From positions 864,001 to 928,000 of the forward strand of contig CAXXWQ010000003.1 in assembly GCA_963674945.2 (NCBI GenBank): 64,000 nucleotides of DNA. The letters are read 5' to 3'. The stretch comes from an uncultured Desulfosarcina sp. (GTDB lineage Bacteria > Desulfobacterota > Desulfobacteria > Desulfobacterales > Desulfosarcinaceae). The position numbers and the translations under genes were made by a program. The stretch's first letter is position 1. Every line of letters starts with the position of its first letter. This document shows, one piece after another, positions 41,825 to 52,105 of the stretch. The notes beneath the pieces were generated by a model that worked only from the letters and a program-made list of their open reading frames with translations, had not been told where the DNA came from and did no database searches.

Positions 41825-42484
41825 CTACTTGACGTTAGCAACTGCCTCCTTCAATAAATGTGTGAATAGTTTCCCCAACTGGACCGCCTCTTTCTTATCC
41901 GACACCCCTACAGTCGTCGCCATTGCCTCGGCGGCCGCATCCAATTCCCCTGCCTCATCTTTTGGGACCCTGCAAACGATTGTCCCGAATTCAGTCACCA
42001 TGTCATCCTCGAAAGGATCCTTGAGGGACCCATACTCGGTGAAATCGAAATCCAATGCTCCGACCATGGTGTCTATCTCTTCAACCTTATACGGGAGGAA
42101 AGACGCAATCTCTTCATGGGTGTATGCCTTCACTCCGGCGAACAGCTCCGCAGACTTGATGAAATCCTTTTGGCCTTTGATCTCATCCAGAACCACAGTC
42201 AGCATCTTTGCCTCTTCCTCGGAGATTGGGCCCAGATCCCTTATCTGGATCATGGTCTCGCCGGCATTTTTCAAAATCTTGTACCGGTGCTCCCCATCGA
42301 TGATTATGTATCGTTTTGGTTCAGGAGATCTTACGAGAACCGACCGAATCACACCGAACCGGCGAAACGCCTCTTCCTCTTTCTCCATCATCTCCGGCGG
42401 CATCTCATTGTGATTGTAATCGTTCGGATACACTTCAGAGATTGGAACCGTTTTTAATTCACCCCTGATCTTTGGCTTTGCCAT
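41825..42484 (-). CDS. ParB/Srx-like N-terminal domain protein
   Basis: PNDYNHN and IIDGEHR. Confidence 0.85.
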   Translation of the reverse strand: MAKPKIRGELKTVPISEVYPNDYNHNEMPPEMMEKEEEAFRRFGVIRSVLVRSPEPKRYIIIDGEHRYKILKNAGETMIQIRDLGPISEEEAKMLTVVLDEIKGQKDFIKSAELFAGVKAYTHEEIASFLPYKVEEIDTMVGALDFDFTEYGSLKDPFEDDMVTEFGTIVCRVPKDEAGELDAAAEAMATTVGVSDKKEAVQLGKLFTHLLKEAVANVK

Positions 42485-42701
42485 CTTCCCCCCTTAGAAC
42501 CCCGATATCCACGCTGTCTGTTATGAACATTATCTCGTTATTGATGCCGGCCTTTTTAAAATTTTCTTTCACAGCATTTATCAACCCCATCAAAGCCTCA
42601 TAGTTAGTCAACGTGAACTCGTCTTTAACCTTGATAACCACCAGATCACCCGGTTTGATCTCCAGCTTACCGATTGATTCGAGATATTCGATCTCTTTCA
42701 T
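42459..42701 (-). CDS. Small hypothetical protein
   Basis: 80 aa, overlaps both neighbouring genes. Confidence 0.55.
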   Translation of the reverse strand: MKEIEYLESIGKLEIKPGDLVVIKVKDEFTLTNYEALMGLINAVKENFKKAGINNEIMFITDSVDIGVLRGEDGKAKDQG

Positions 42702-43318
42702 GCCACCCCCTTTTCCAGATCTTCCCCGGGGAACTCTTGAGGCAGATCACATGTATCCTGCCGAAGCATCCCGATATCAGCTCTCGACGAGATATAATCC
42801 GCCGTATAGATAACCAATTCGATCAGCTCATATTCTTTGATTGGTTTCTTGAACGACGATTCTGTCCACAATCCCATATGAAGCCGGATCCCCTTGACGA
42901 TCATCGCCAAAGATTCAACCCCTATAGCACTGTATTTTTCTGCTTTCTTACTGATGATATCGAGAACATACTGACCGGCCCGGGAGGCGTGCTTCTTGAA
43001 ATCGTTTTTCCAGATGTCATGAAGGAGTAATGCGGCTACGACCACATCTTTCTCCTTTTGGGAAAATCCGTATGCGACACTCAGATGAACACCTACACCA
43101 ACTGCTCTTTTCACATGCCGCAAAAGGCCGCTTTTGACATTACAACAACTCGGATGCCATTTATTTGAACTGGAGGCAGGCGCCTTGTAGAAATATCCAT
43201 TGGCCGTTTCCAGGGCCTGGAGTACCTCGGCGACCAACTCCCGGATCAAATCATCTTGAATCAATTCCAATTCGGGGGCAAAAATCTCATGAGGACGCAT
43301 CTTCACCCCCTTTCCCAT
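42698..43318 (-). CDS. HD-domain hydrolase
   Basis: PASSS.KWHP, GLLRHV, ALLLHD, HMG, ADY. Confidence 0.85.
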   Translation of the reverse strand: MGKGVKMRPHEIFAPELELIQDDLIRELVAEVLQALETANGYFYKAPASSSNKWHPSCCNVKSGLLRHVKRAVGVGVHLSVAYGFSQKEKDVVVAALLLHDIWKNDFKKHASRAGQYVLDIISKKAEKYSAIGVESLAMIVKGIRLHMGLWTESSFKKPIKEYELIELVIYTADYISSRADIGMLRQDTCDLPQEFPGEDLEKGVA

Positions 43319-43964
43319 GTTTAAGCAGCACCTTGAGTAACTTTCCGTTTTCCAATGCCTCGTCGGGTTCAGAACTGATTCCCAGCTTTGTTTTGGCTTC
43401 GGCCATCATCCCTTTGACCTCGGGGATGGCATCCTGATGAACCGAAATTTTGATATCCACCCAGGACGTCGGCTTCCTCTCTCCGTCGCCATCACCATCA
43501 CCTTTGGGTTTTGGATCCTTGGGCAGATCGTCAGCGATAGCCAAGATGTTCTCCAATTCAATCATGGTGAAAGGCAGAACTTCCGTCATATCCCTCCAGT
43601 CCGCCGAATCTTTTAACGAATTCAGCAGCCGGCTTAATTTGGACGGATTCCTGTTTCCTCGAAGTTCATTCATCACCGCAGTGAGCAGCCGGGCGTCATC
43701 GTCTGAAACTTCACCCAGGTTATTGACCAGGATTTTTTCTTCCTTTTGGATGACAAGCTCTTTCCACCGGTGCTCCCCGTCGATGATCTCCAGATTTCCG
43801 TCTGGTTTCTCCCGGACGATCACCTCCGCGACCTGGCCGTACATCTCCAGGGAGTTGCCAAGCTTTTCCTGCATGAACTCGGTCTGTTCGTTATGGTTCC
43901 ACGGATTTGGTACCAAACGATCGATATCGACAATCTCTTCGTTGATCCTCATTTCATATGACAT
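43287..43964 (-). CDS. ParB/Srx-like N-terminal domain protein
   Basis: PNPWNHN and IIDGEHRW; paralogue of 41825-42484. Confidence 0.85.
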   Translation of the reverse strand: MSYEMRINEEIVDIDRLVPNPWNHNEQTEFMQEKLGNSLEMYGQVAEVIVREKPDGNLEIIDGEHRWKELVIQKEEKILVNNLGEVSDDDARLLTAVMNELRGNRNPSKLSRLLNSLKDSADWRDMTEVLPFTMIELENILAIADDLPKDPKPKGDGDGDGERKPTSWVDIKISVHQDAIPEVKGMMAEAKTKLGISSEPDEALENGKLLKVLLKHGKGGEDASS

Positions 43965-44009
43965 GGTATGATTCCATTCTATACCGATCGGTATTATTAA
44001 ATTGAAAAA

Positions 44010-44822
44010 TTATGATTCATCCTCATCCCAAACGACACCCCGTTTTGCCCACAGCTGGGTGTAACCCCGCTGCAACCGGCGCAGTTCTCGAATATTCGCA
44101 TGGATCACATAATCCACATGAGACTTGCTTCGAGACGACAAACCCAATTCACCGAACTCTGGAGTGAAAACGGCTTTCCCGTATATCGTCGGCGCCATCC
44201 AGCTTGTACTGTCCACCGAATACCAAGGAAAGGCCTGCATCAGCTTCCGGGCCGTGACCGCAAACCCATGGGTCATATTCTTGGCCTGGATGATTGCGAA
44301 AACCCTATTCATCCAATTGAATTTAGATTTGATCGACGCGTCGTTGTTTGGTGAGATTCCGATGTAACGATGGCGGGCGGCGATTCGTTCAAGCCACTTG
44401 AAATCCTCGCCCTGGTGAAAAATATGAAGAGGTGTAAGACCAGCCTTTTCGAATTGGATCATGTTATCCCATCCCTGTTTGGCTGCTTCCTCCACCTCTT
44501 TTTTGGTCGGTTTGATTCCCTGCTCCCCGGGGATCACATCGAGATTGACGATATAGATGTGATCAATCATCTCTCGATGTTGGGAGATGAAATCCTTGGC
44601 GTAGGCAATGTATTCCTTCAGATCGATATGGCGCCCGCTATTCCACGCACTGAACGCACCCGAATCCAATAGAAACGCATTGCCGGGCCGGCACCGGCCG
44701 GCGATCCCCGCAGCCAGGTCGGTGCCTTTTTGGTTCTCAAAGGAGGACAGATAATTTTTCACCCCCAGCTCGACAAACGCTTCCTCATATTGTTTTCCTA
44801 CACCGGCGAAAAAGATACGCAT
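44010..44822 (-). CDS. dpdA: Phage DpdA, 7-deazaguanine DNA transglycosylase (TGT-like)
   Basis: LLDSGAFS, LDVIPG, FHQGE, HGFA, WYSVDSTSW; adjacent to que genes. Confidence 0.8.
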   Translation of the reverse strand: MRIFFAGVGKQYEEAFVELGVKNYLSSFENQKGTDLAAGIAGRCRPGNAFLLDSGAFSAWNSGRHIDLKEYIAYAKDFISQHREMIDHIYIVNLDVIPGEQGIKPTKKEVEEAAKQGWDNMIQFEKAGLTPLHIFHQGEDFKWLERIAARHRYIGISPNNDASIKSKFNWMNRVFAIIQAKNMTHGFAVTARKLMQAFPWYSVDSTSWMAPTIYGKAVFTPEFGELGLSSRSKSHVDYVIHANIRELRRLQRGYTQLWAKRGVVWDEDES

Positions 44823-45349
44823 TAGTCGATCCCTAACAGTGATTGAACTTTCATCATCAATCGGATGACCTCCATATCAGCAGTCCCGATACCGTCCTCA
44901 CTCTCGACAACAACCGTATCGAGCATTGGTGAGAAATATTGCACCTCTACCAGAGTATGGATCCCGCCACGAGCAGCAAAATCCATTTCAAGGACCATAC
45001 CCAACGGCTGACAAACCTCGACGAAATGTTTCAACATCTGGTTAGTGATCGATTCCATAAATTGTCCTTCATTCCGATAACTGAAGAGATAGAGTTTAAG
45101 ACTTTTCGACTCGATACACTTTTCACCCGGAACATATTTCAACCGGAAACTGGCGAAATCCGGTTGCCCTGTTTTCGGACATAGAGATGTGAATTCATCC
45201 GTCGTAAACTCAACCTTGTATGGTTCCCCGCCGGCATCCCGATTATCGAACGTCTCCAGAATACCAACCGAAGGAGTTCTGGAGTAATCCGTCTTCTTGG
45301 CGCCTAATTGAATCAACGTCCCAGCCTGATCTTTATATTGGTCATCCAT
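44822..45349 (-). CDS. queF: PreQ1 synthase (preQ0 reductase)
   Basis: EFTSLCPKTGQPD and the QueF motif ESKSLKLYL; RGGI. Confidence 0.9.
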   Translation of the reverse strand: MDDQYKDQAGTLIQLGAKKTDYSRTPSVGILETFDNRDAGGEPYKVEFTTDEFTSLCPKTGQPDFASFRLKYVPGEKCIESKSLKLYLFSYRNEGQFMESITNQMLKHFVEVCQPLGMVLEMDFAARGGIHTLVEVQYFSPMLDTVVVESEDGIGTADMEVIRLMMKVQSLLGID

Positions 45350-45362
45350 TGTGTTTTTCCTT

Positions 45363-45971
45363 TCACTTTGTTGCCGCCAACGCATTCACAGCCCAATAGG
45401 CGCCGGCTGCATCGGCAATATGTTCAAACATCCCACCCGGAATCTGTTTTCCGAGAAAACTGTATGTCAAACGTCGATCGACCTTACCTGCACGCTTCCC
45501 TTTCGTAATTGAGATCTCCTTGACGTCTTTTTCACCTCCGAACTTTTCAATCGTCCAGTCCATGATTTGTTCTTTGGATGCTTTAAGATCGCCAATCGTT
45601 TCCCGTTTCACATCATTCGGTGAACACCACTGGTAATCAATTACACGGACCAAGCACACACTCATGACTACAGCCAAGGCCATATTCATTTTCACAGCTG
45701 CATCCGCACTTTTTGCCCCTCCATGTGGTGCCTCACCGACGATAGATACCGGGTGAAAATTATCGAGAAGACAATTAAAACCATCGATAAGTTGCCGCAG
45801 CAAAATGGTATTTTCCTCACGCTTCGACAATTTATTTTTGCCTTTACGGCTTCTCATTTCCTTCGGAATCAAAGGTTGAACCACGCCACAGGCCCAGGGC
45901 AACCCATCTTCAAAAACAACCCACCCCAGGTTATTCAAAGCAATATCAACTGACAAAATTGGTTTTTTCAT
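45363..45971 (-). CDS. RuvC-like Holliday junction resolvase
   Basis: ILSVDI...GW, VGE, PNDVK...ASKEQI, HIADA. Confidence 0.75.
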   Translation of the reverse strand: MKKPILSVDIALNNLGWVVFEDGLPWACGVVQPLIPKEMRSRKGKNKLSKREENTILLRQLIDGFNCLLDNFHPVSIVGEAPHGGAKSADAAVKMNMALAVVMSVCLVRVIDYQWCSPNDVKRETIGDLKASKEQIMDWTIEKFGGEKDVKEISITKGKRAGKVDRRLTYSFLGKQIPGGMFEHIADAAGAYWAVNALAATK

Positions 45972-45978
45972 AATCTTT

Positions 45979-45990
45979 GTAATTAATTAC
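45979..45990. promoter_or_regulatory. Palindrome GTAATTAATTAC
   Basis: Perfect copy 7 bp upstream of the RuvC-like ATG. Confidence 0.75.
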
Positions 45991-46009
45991 TGTGATATTT
46001 GATTAAAAA

Positions 46010-46708
46010 TTAGCCAAGACTCATGCCATCATTTTCCATCCGGCTGCGGGTGATAAGCGGATCCTCCAGACCAGCCTGGTGGAAACCCTTGGCCCGCAAC
46101 ACACATGCCGGACATGTTCCACAAGGCGGATATTGCCCCTCGTAACAGGTATGACTGTACCCCAACGCATTGATGCAATCCGGGCCCAGGTCATATGCCA
46201 TTAACACCTCATCCGCTTTGGTGATGTTCATCATCGGGGTGACTATATAAATTGGATATTCCATAGCCAAAGCCAAAGTGACCTCCAACGAATCGATGAA
46301 CTGCCGGCGGCAATCCGGATATCCGGAATAATCCGTCTGGCAAACTCCAGTCACCAGAACATTGATCCCCAACTGCTTTGCGTACACGGCAGCCATCGAC
46401 AGAAAAAACAGATTTCGGCCATCGACAAATGTCGTCGGCAATTGTCCAGCCGGACATGCCACATCGATACTGTCTCGGGTCAACGCACTGGGCGCCAAAG
46501 CATTGATGAACTTCGCATCGATGATCTCATGCTCAACCCCGGCCATTTCGGCGATCTTTTTCGCACACTCCAGTTCGATCCGATGACGCTGGCCATAATC
46601 GAAAGATACCGCTACCACTTTCTCATAACGTTTTTTTGCCCAGTAAAGAGCAGTAGTAGAATCCTGACCACCCGATAACACGACAAGAGCACTATTCCCT
46701 TTGTTCAT
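46010..46708 (-). CDS. queC: 7-cyano-7-deazaguanine synthase
   Basis: SGGQDSTT, YGQRH, YPDCR, CGTCPACVLR. Confidence 0.95.
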   Translation of the reverse strand: MNKGNSALVVLSGGQDSTTALYWAKKRYEKVVAVSFDYGQRHRIELECAKKIAEMAGVEHEIIDAKFINALAPSALTRDSIDVACPAGQLPTTFVDGRNLFFLSMAAVYAKQLGINVLVTGVCQTDYSGYPDCRRQFIDSLEVTLALAMEYPIYIVTPMMNITKADEVLMAYDLGPDCINALGYSHTCYEGQYPPCGTCPACVLRAKGFHQAGLEDPLITRSRMENDGMSLG

Positions 46709-46724
46709 TGGTTCAATTCCTTTC

Positions 46725-47333
46725 TCAATAAGTTGATGACATTGAAACTAAAGTTAGAAATTCATCCTTTGATCCGCCTTCGTTATTTTTGAAAACGCCT
46801 TCCATCGCCGAAGTTATCATTGACGATCCGATCTTCTTGATACCCCGGGCCTGCATGCACAGATGTTGCCCCTCGACAACCACGGCTGCACCTTTCGGTT
46901 TGAGATATCTCATGATGTCATCGGCGATACACTTCGTCATTCGCTCCTGGATCTGCATCCGCCTGGCATGACAATCAACGAGCCGGGCCAACTTGCTTAT
47001 GCCAACCACTTTGTTTTCGAGCAGATAACCGACATGCGCCACTCCGATGAAACTCAAATTATGATGCTCGCACATCGAAAAGAAACCGATGTTCTTGAGT
47101 ATGACCATCTGATCGTAGCCATCAATTTCATCAAAACATTTGGATAGAATTTCCTCCGGCGACTGTTTATAGCCGGAATAAAGCTCACCCCATGATTTGA
47201 TAATCCGATCCGGCGTCTCCAGCAACCCGTCTCGTGACGGATCCTCGCCGATAAACAAGAGGATCGATTCCAAGGCTTCCCGTATATCATCGATTGTCGG
47301 CATTGGCTTTTTCATTACGTCTTTGGCATCCAT
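46725..47333 (-). CDS. folE: GTP cyclohydrolase I
   Basis: ETPDR, SMCEHH, GISKLAR, QERMT, HLCM.ARG. Confidence 0.95.
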   Translation of the reverse strand: MDAKDVMKKPMPTIDDIREALESILLFIGEDPSRDGLLETPDRIIKSWGELYSGYKQSPEEILSKCFDEIDGYDQMVILKNIGFFSMCEHHNLSFIGVAHVGYLLENKVVGISKLARLVDCHARRMQIQERMTKCIADDIMRYLKPKGAAVVVEGQHLCMQARGIKKIGSSMITSAMEGVFKNNEGGSKDEFLTLVSMSSTY

Positions 47334-47337
47334 AACG

Positions 47338-47979
47338 TCACCTCAATCCCAGGTATTTATGGGCCTGAAAACTCATCCGGATATTTGGATATTTTGACAT
47401 CCAATGCAGACACCGCTTCAGAGCTTCCCCATTGTTGAACTCGGGTTGAACGAAAACTCGACTATGTTGCCAATCGATCAAATCTTCATGATCCGGGACA
47501 ATGTATTTCACTTCACTGGCATACTTTCTCAAAAGAAAACCGGTAACAGGCGCTTTGGGAGAAACCGTCAACCAATCAATCCGATGCAACACCTCCGGCT
47601 GACTCTTGGCAATCATATGGATCCGGCTGCCGTTACTTTCCATGGCCACGAAAAAACCCTTCACGATCGTCGGTCGACCCAACTCCTTCAATAATGGCAT
47701 CAGATCGTGCACCATCGGTTCACCGCCGGTGATCACCACTTGCCAGCCAGTCGGTACTTTTTCCTCACGGGTGCGCAGCTCTTTACCGATCTCTGCCGGT
47801 GTCATCATCGTATATGGTTCCATAGGGGTGTCGCAGAAGCTGCAAAAATGTGAGCAGCCACCCAAACGAAGGAAATGTGTCAAGGTACCGCAACGAGCGC
47901 CTTCGGATTGAATTGATGTAAAAATCTCAAGGACAGGATATCGTTCCCCATCAAAACGAATATCACGAGGATCACCCAT
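47338..47979 (-). CDS. queE: 7-carboxy-7-deazaguanine synthase (radical SAM)
   Basis: EIFTSIQSEG, CxxxCxxCDT, TGGEP, VSPK, QAHK. Confidence 0.92.
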   Translation of the reverse strand: MGDPRDIRFDGERYPVLEIFTSIQSEGARCGTLTHFLRLGGCSHFCSFCDTPMEPYTMMTPAEIGKELRTREEKVPTGWQVVITGGEPMVHDLMPLLKELGRPTIVKGFFVAMESNGSRIHMIAKSQPEVLHRIDWLTVSPKAPVTGFLLRKYASEVKYIVPDHEDLIDWQHSRVFVQPEFNNGEALKRCLHWMSKYPNIRMSFQAHKYLGLR

Positions 47980-48358
47980 CTTGACCCCCTTTCACCATGG
48001 CACAGGCCTCTGGAGATTCCCATACTTTGATATGTTCCAACCGTAAAACCCTCGGCCCCTCAATTGAATTCAATGCTCTTTCAATCCGATCGAATAGAAA
48101 AAGAGCCAAATTTTCAGCCGTCGGATTGACTTTGGTGAATTGATGGATGTCATTAAGGTTTTTATGATCCGGAAGGAGAAGTTTCATCATCTCCTTTAAC
48201 TTTTTGAAATCAATTAAGATTCCAACGCTGTTTAACCGAGTCCCCGAAATCTGAATCTCAACTTCCCACCGGTGCCCGTGGAGGTTTGCACAAGGACCAT
48301 CATATCCCCTCAAGAAATGAGCGGCGTCGAAGTGATCCTTGTATTCCAAATAAATTTT

Positions 48359-49406
48359 CTGGGGTATGCACTTAAATCCAGCACATACTATATGTTGTGG
48401 CCCAGGTCATCGTCAATTGGATCGAGATTTAAATTTGCTGCCCCTTCCAAAAACGGTAACGATGCACCTTTAAGAGTACTAGCTGGGGCAGGGTCCACCA
48501 TCACGGCCTGTTGGACCAGCCTGTAAAATAGTTTTCCGCGAGACACTGATGTTCTACGGTTGAACCTGAATGTGAATTCATCCAAATAGTACATCAAATG
48601 AGACGGTCTGACCGCCCCTTGATAAGTACCAAGTAACCATCGTTTCATGAGCGACGCTACCAAATGTACAATCTTCAAGTCATGCGATGGAATCGCAATA
48701 TGCTTAAATCCTTTATCGCCAAGGCTGCTATAGCCGGGCCAATCATCCGTCCTGATGGTGCTGCCTGGCTGGGCGATTTCTTGTACAAATTGAGTCAGAC
48801 TATCTCCCGATGCGTCTTCGAGGTGCCAGAGTCTAATTCGCCCAATTCCTTTTCGGCCTTTATCCTCCACGGCAATACCGACCAAAGCTTTACCTTCAGC
48901 ACCCCGACCGCGTTTTCCAGACTTTTTCCCACCGACATAGGTTTCATCAACTTCAACAATCCCGGACAATCGGTCACGTCCTGGACGAACCATTGCTCTT
49001 CGAAGTTTATGGAGCCATTGCCAGGCGGTATTATAACTCCCAAGGTTAAGTACTCTCTGAAGCCCAAGTGCATTAGCTCCGTACTTCTGACCTGTAATGT
49101 GCCACATAGCCCGAAACCAAAGAGACAAGGGCTTTCTGGTGCCGTGAAAAATTGTACCGGAAGTTATCGTAGATTGATTTCCACAATCAGTACAATGAAA
49201 CTGGGATCGTTTAGTTCTCCACGAGGATGCAGAACCGCAATGAGGGCAACGGAAGCCTTCGGGCCATCTAAGAGCCATCAAATAGTCAGTGCATCCAGCT
49301 TCAGAGCTAAATCGTTTTTCAAATTCTATCAACGTTCTGGGGTAATCTTCCTCCATAGACTGGTACACTATATGTTGTGGCCACTGGAGTCAAGTGCATA
49401 CCCCAG
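48359..49406 (-). mobile_element. IS1595-family insertion sequence (1048 bp)
   Basis: 23-bp terminal inverted repeats CTGGGGTATGCACTT(A/G)A(A/C)TCCAG; 8-bp duplication TAAATTTT at 48351-48358 and 49407-49414. Confidence 0.93.
48388..49368 (-). CDS. IS1595-family transposase
   Basis: CPHC...CTDC zinc ribbon, VEVDETY, RTD, YLDEFTFRFNRR. Confidence 0.93.
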   Translation of the reverse strand: MYQSMEEDYPRTLIEFEKRFSSEAGCTDYLMALRWPEGFRCPHCGSASSWRTKRSQFHCTDCGNQSTITSGTIFHGTRKPLSLWFRAMWHITGQKYGANALGLQRVLNLGSYNTAWQWLHKLRRAMVRPGRDRLSGIVEVDETYVGGKKSGKRGRGAEGKALVGIAVEDKGRKGIGRIRLWHLEDASGDSLTQFVQEIAQPGSTIRTDDWPGYSSLGDKGFKHIAIPSHDLKIVHLVASLMKRWLLGTYQGAVRPSHLMYYLDEFTFRFNRRTSVSRGKLFYRLVQQAVMVDPAPASTLKGASLPFLEGAANLNLDPIDDDLGHNI

Positions 49407-49466
49407 TAAATTTTTTTCATTTGCCTTGACTCCTTTTTGGCATGTATGTAATTATTTTGGTTGATG

Positions 49467-49478
49467 GTAATTAATTAC
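49467..49478. promoter_or_regulatory. Palindrome GTAATTAATTAC in the divergent promoter region
   Basis: Perfect copy between queD (minus) and the helicase (plus), flanked by TTGAC hexamers on both strands. Confidence 0.75.
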
Positions 49479-49586
49479 ACCATTTCTTGTCAAGAACAAT
49501 TGCCCCCAATTTACAGAAAATTGAGATTTATCCGCTCCCATAACTCTGACCACTAACCCTACCCAACTGAAAAGAAAGGAAGGCCG

Positions 49587-51068
49587 ATGACCTATTTTCA
49601 AATCGAAAATAACCGCACTGCCCGGCTCGTTACGGATGATTTCCGAGTTCGAAATTTAGTAGCCAAGGGATTAACCTTTCAACTGCCAAACTTCAAATTC
49701 ACCAAAGCACATAAAGAGGGCGGCTGGGACGGCAACATCTGTTTTTTCAAACGCCACAGCAACACCCTTGAAGTCGGGCTGATCGATCTGGCCCAGGAAA
49801 AAGCCCGCGAAATTGGAATGATCATTCCGGTTGTCGACAAGAGACCGGATACACCCATCAAGCTCGACCCGTCATACGACATCGCTCATGTCCTCGACGG
49901 AAAAACCCTGCGGGATTATCAAGAAGACGCAATCCGGACCATCTTCACCCGAACCCGGGGCATCATCCAATCCCCGACCGGATCGGGAAAGACAGTTATC
50001 GCCGCCGGCGCCATCAAGATCGCCAACCTGTAAGGCAAACGAGTTTTATTCCTCACCCACCAAAAAGAGCTTTTACATCAAACCCAAAGATCGTTCGTCA
50101 CCTCCGGCATCGATGCCGGTATCTGTGGCGACGGAACCAAGGATCTCACCCAGATGACGATCGTTGCGACCGTCCAGACCCTGTATGCCGGGATGGAGAA
50201 AAAGGACAAGAAAGGCAACGTCATCCGGAAAGCCAATCCCGAGATCATGGCTTTGATGAAAAGCATTGATTTCCTGATCATCGACGAAGCCCATCGCATA
50301 GACTCTTTTTCCTTTTCAACCATCTGCAACCAGTGCTCGAACGCCTATTACCGAATCGGGTTAACCGCTACCCCTCTTATGAAAGGTCTTTTCGAAGATA
50401 TCTCTCTCATAGCTCAGACCGGCAACATCATTTCCCGGATCACCATTGCCGATCTGATCGCCCGCGGGCTGCTCGCGCAACCATATATCCAATTCGTGAA
50501 GATCAACTCTCCGCTGCTCAGTCAAAAACTCAAATATCCAGCAGCCTACAAACAAGGGATCATCGAAAACGATTTTCGAAACCAGGATATCGTCAACAAA
50601 GGCGTCGAATTCGCCCAAAACAACCTGACCACCCTGATTCTGGTCAGCAAGATCAATCATGGCAAGGACCTGCTCAGTCGATTCAAACGATACCCAGGGT
50701 TAAAAATTCAATTCATCCACGGATCGAAAGACACAGAAACCAGAGAAACGGCGCTCAAGGCTCTTGCGAACAAAAAGCTGGACATCCTCATTTCTTCCAC
50801 AATTTCCGATGAGGGTGTGGATATTCCGGCAGTCTCCGCCGTAATCCTCGCAGGCGGCATGAGATCCCCGATCCGCCTATACCAGCGCGTAGGAAGAGGC
50901 ATGCGCCCCAAAGCGGATGAAAACTGGGTTCTGATCGTCGATTACATCGACCTGACCAATAAGCACCTCGCCAAGCACTCGATGGAAAGATTCACCGTGA
51001 TTCGGGATGAACCAGGGTTCGAGATCGTTCCCAATTTTAATTTTTTACTGAAGAAAGCGGCCGCTTAG
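49587..51068 (+). pseudogene. SF2 (UvsW-like) helicase with an in-frame stop
   Basis: PTGSGKT, DEAH, TAT and QRVGR lie in one frame; single TAA at 50031-50033 (ANL*GKRVLFL). Confidence 0.88.
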
Positions 51069-51090
51069 TCGGCAGAAAGGCAGGCTGGAG

Positions 51091-51891
51091 ATGACGGAAA
51101 AGAACTTGGAAAACCGGATTTTGAATGCAGCTAAACGATATATGGATGAAAGGTTATCCACCCTTGATTATGCAGAAATTCTTAAAGAACCAATCAAAAA
51201 AATCGAAACTGCCGTCGCAAAACTTGTTGAGGAACATTTATTTGTCGAAAGCAGAGTATACACCCCTCACAAGTGGGGAGAATCTTCTTTTTATGTCTAT
51301 TCTCGAATAATAGACTTCGCAAAAGATTATCTTGAAGACGATGAAAAAAAACTGCTCGAAAGGATATCATGCGAAGAGGCGGAGGAAAATTTTTTAGACG
51401 AAGCCGAGGATATCATTGTTGAAAAAGCGTACCCAAAACTCAATCCGGAGCTGCTTATTGTATCTGATGTTTTTTTTATCACGAAGCATTGGCAAATAAT
51501 ATTAAATCGATTCAAACGCGGCGACTTTTTCCCACTTTGGCCATCGGCTCTTGCACTTGCCAACGAATCATTTTCTTTTGAGGAATTAAAAGCCAGGATA
51601 GAACGCACCCGCCAAGAACCCATGTCGTTAGAGGACTATATTTTTTCTAATATGGCATCGGAGAGGTGTCTTGAGAAGCGAACATTCTATGCGAAACAAT
51701 ATGAAAATCTATATGATGAAAAACCCGAAGAAGTAAAAAAAGCCCTCGACTCGCTCATCGCGGATGGTTTTGTAATCTCAAAAATAGATACAGATATCAG
51801 CAAAGAACCTCCCGTACTCCTTTATCAGTTATCACCACTCGGGATAGCAACTGTTTACAACGGCTTTATAAAACCCCAAATCTTCATTTAA
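51091..51891 (+). CDS. Hypothetical protein, possibly winged-helix
   Basis: 266 aa, GGAG RBS. Confidence 0.6.
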   Translation: MTEKNLENRILNAAKRYMDERLSTLDYAEILKEPIKKIETAVAKLVEEHLFVESRVYTPHKWGESSFYVYSRIIDFAKDYLEDDEKKLLERISCEEAEENFLDEAEDIIVEKAYPKLNPELLIVSDVFFITKHWQIILNRFKRGDFFPLWPSALALANESFSFEELKARIERTRQEPMSLEDYIFSNMASERCLEKRTFYAKQYENLYDEKPEEVKKALDSLIADGFVISKIDTDISKEPPVLLYQLSPLGIATVYNGFIKPQIFI

Positions 51892-52105
51892 TCGGAGGAG
51901 CCATATGACAATCAAGGAACGAATTATGAAAAAATTGAAAAAAAACCCAACAGAAGAATACACCGCTAAAGAATTGGGGAAAATTTTATCTGTTAAGCGA
52001 ACAAAATCAATTTGGACAAGTTTGAATAAACTCATCGAAGAGGGTTTGATTCAAAAAAGACCAGACCCGCTTTTTGAAAAACAAATGAAATTTTCGTTGA
52101 AAACC

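Larger units (their letters stand above)
47972..49420 (-). pseudogene. queD: 6-carboxytetrahydropterin synthase interrupted near its start by an IS1595-family element
   Basis: FDAAH, CANLHGH, PTAEN, WES; removing the IS gives MKKIYLEYKDHF from ATG 49420 with a GGAG RBS. Confidence 0.88.

Noticed and set aside
50031..50033. Stop-codon recoding in the helicase
   Set aside because: The codon is TAA, many neighbouring genes end normally in TAA, and no recoding signal is visible; a nonsense mutation or sequencing error is simpler
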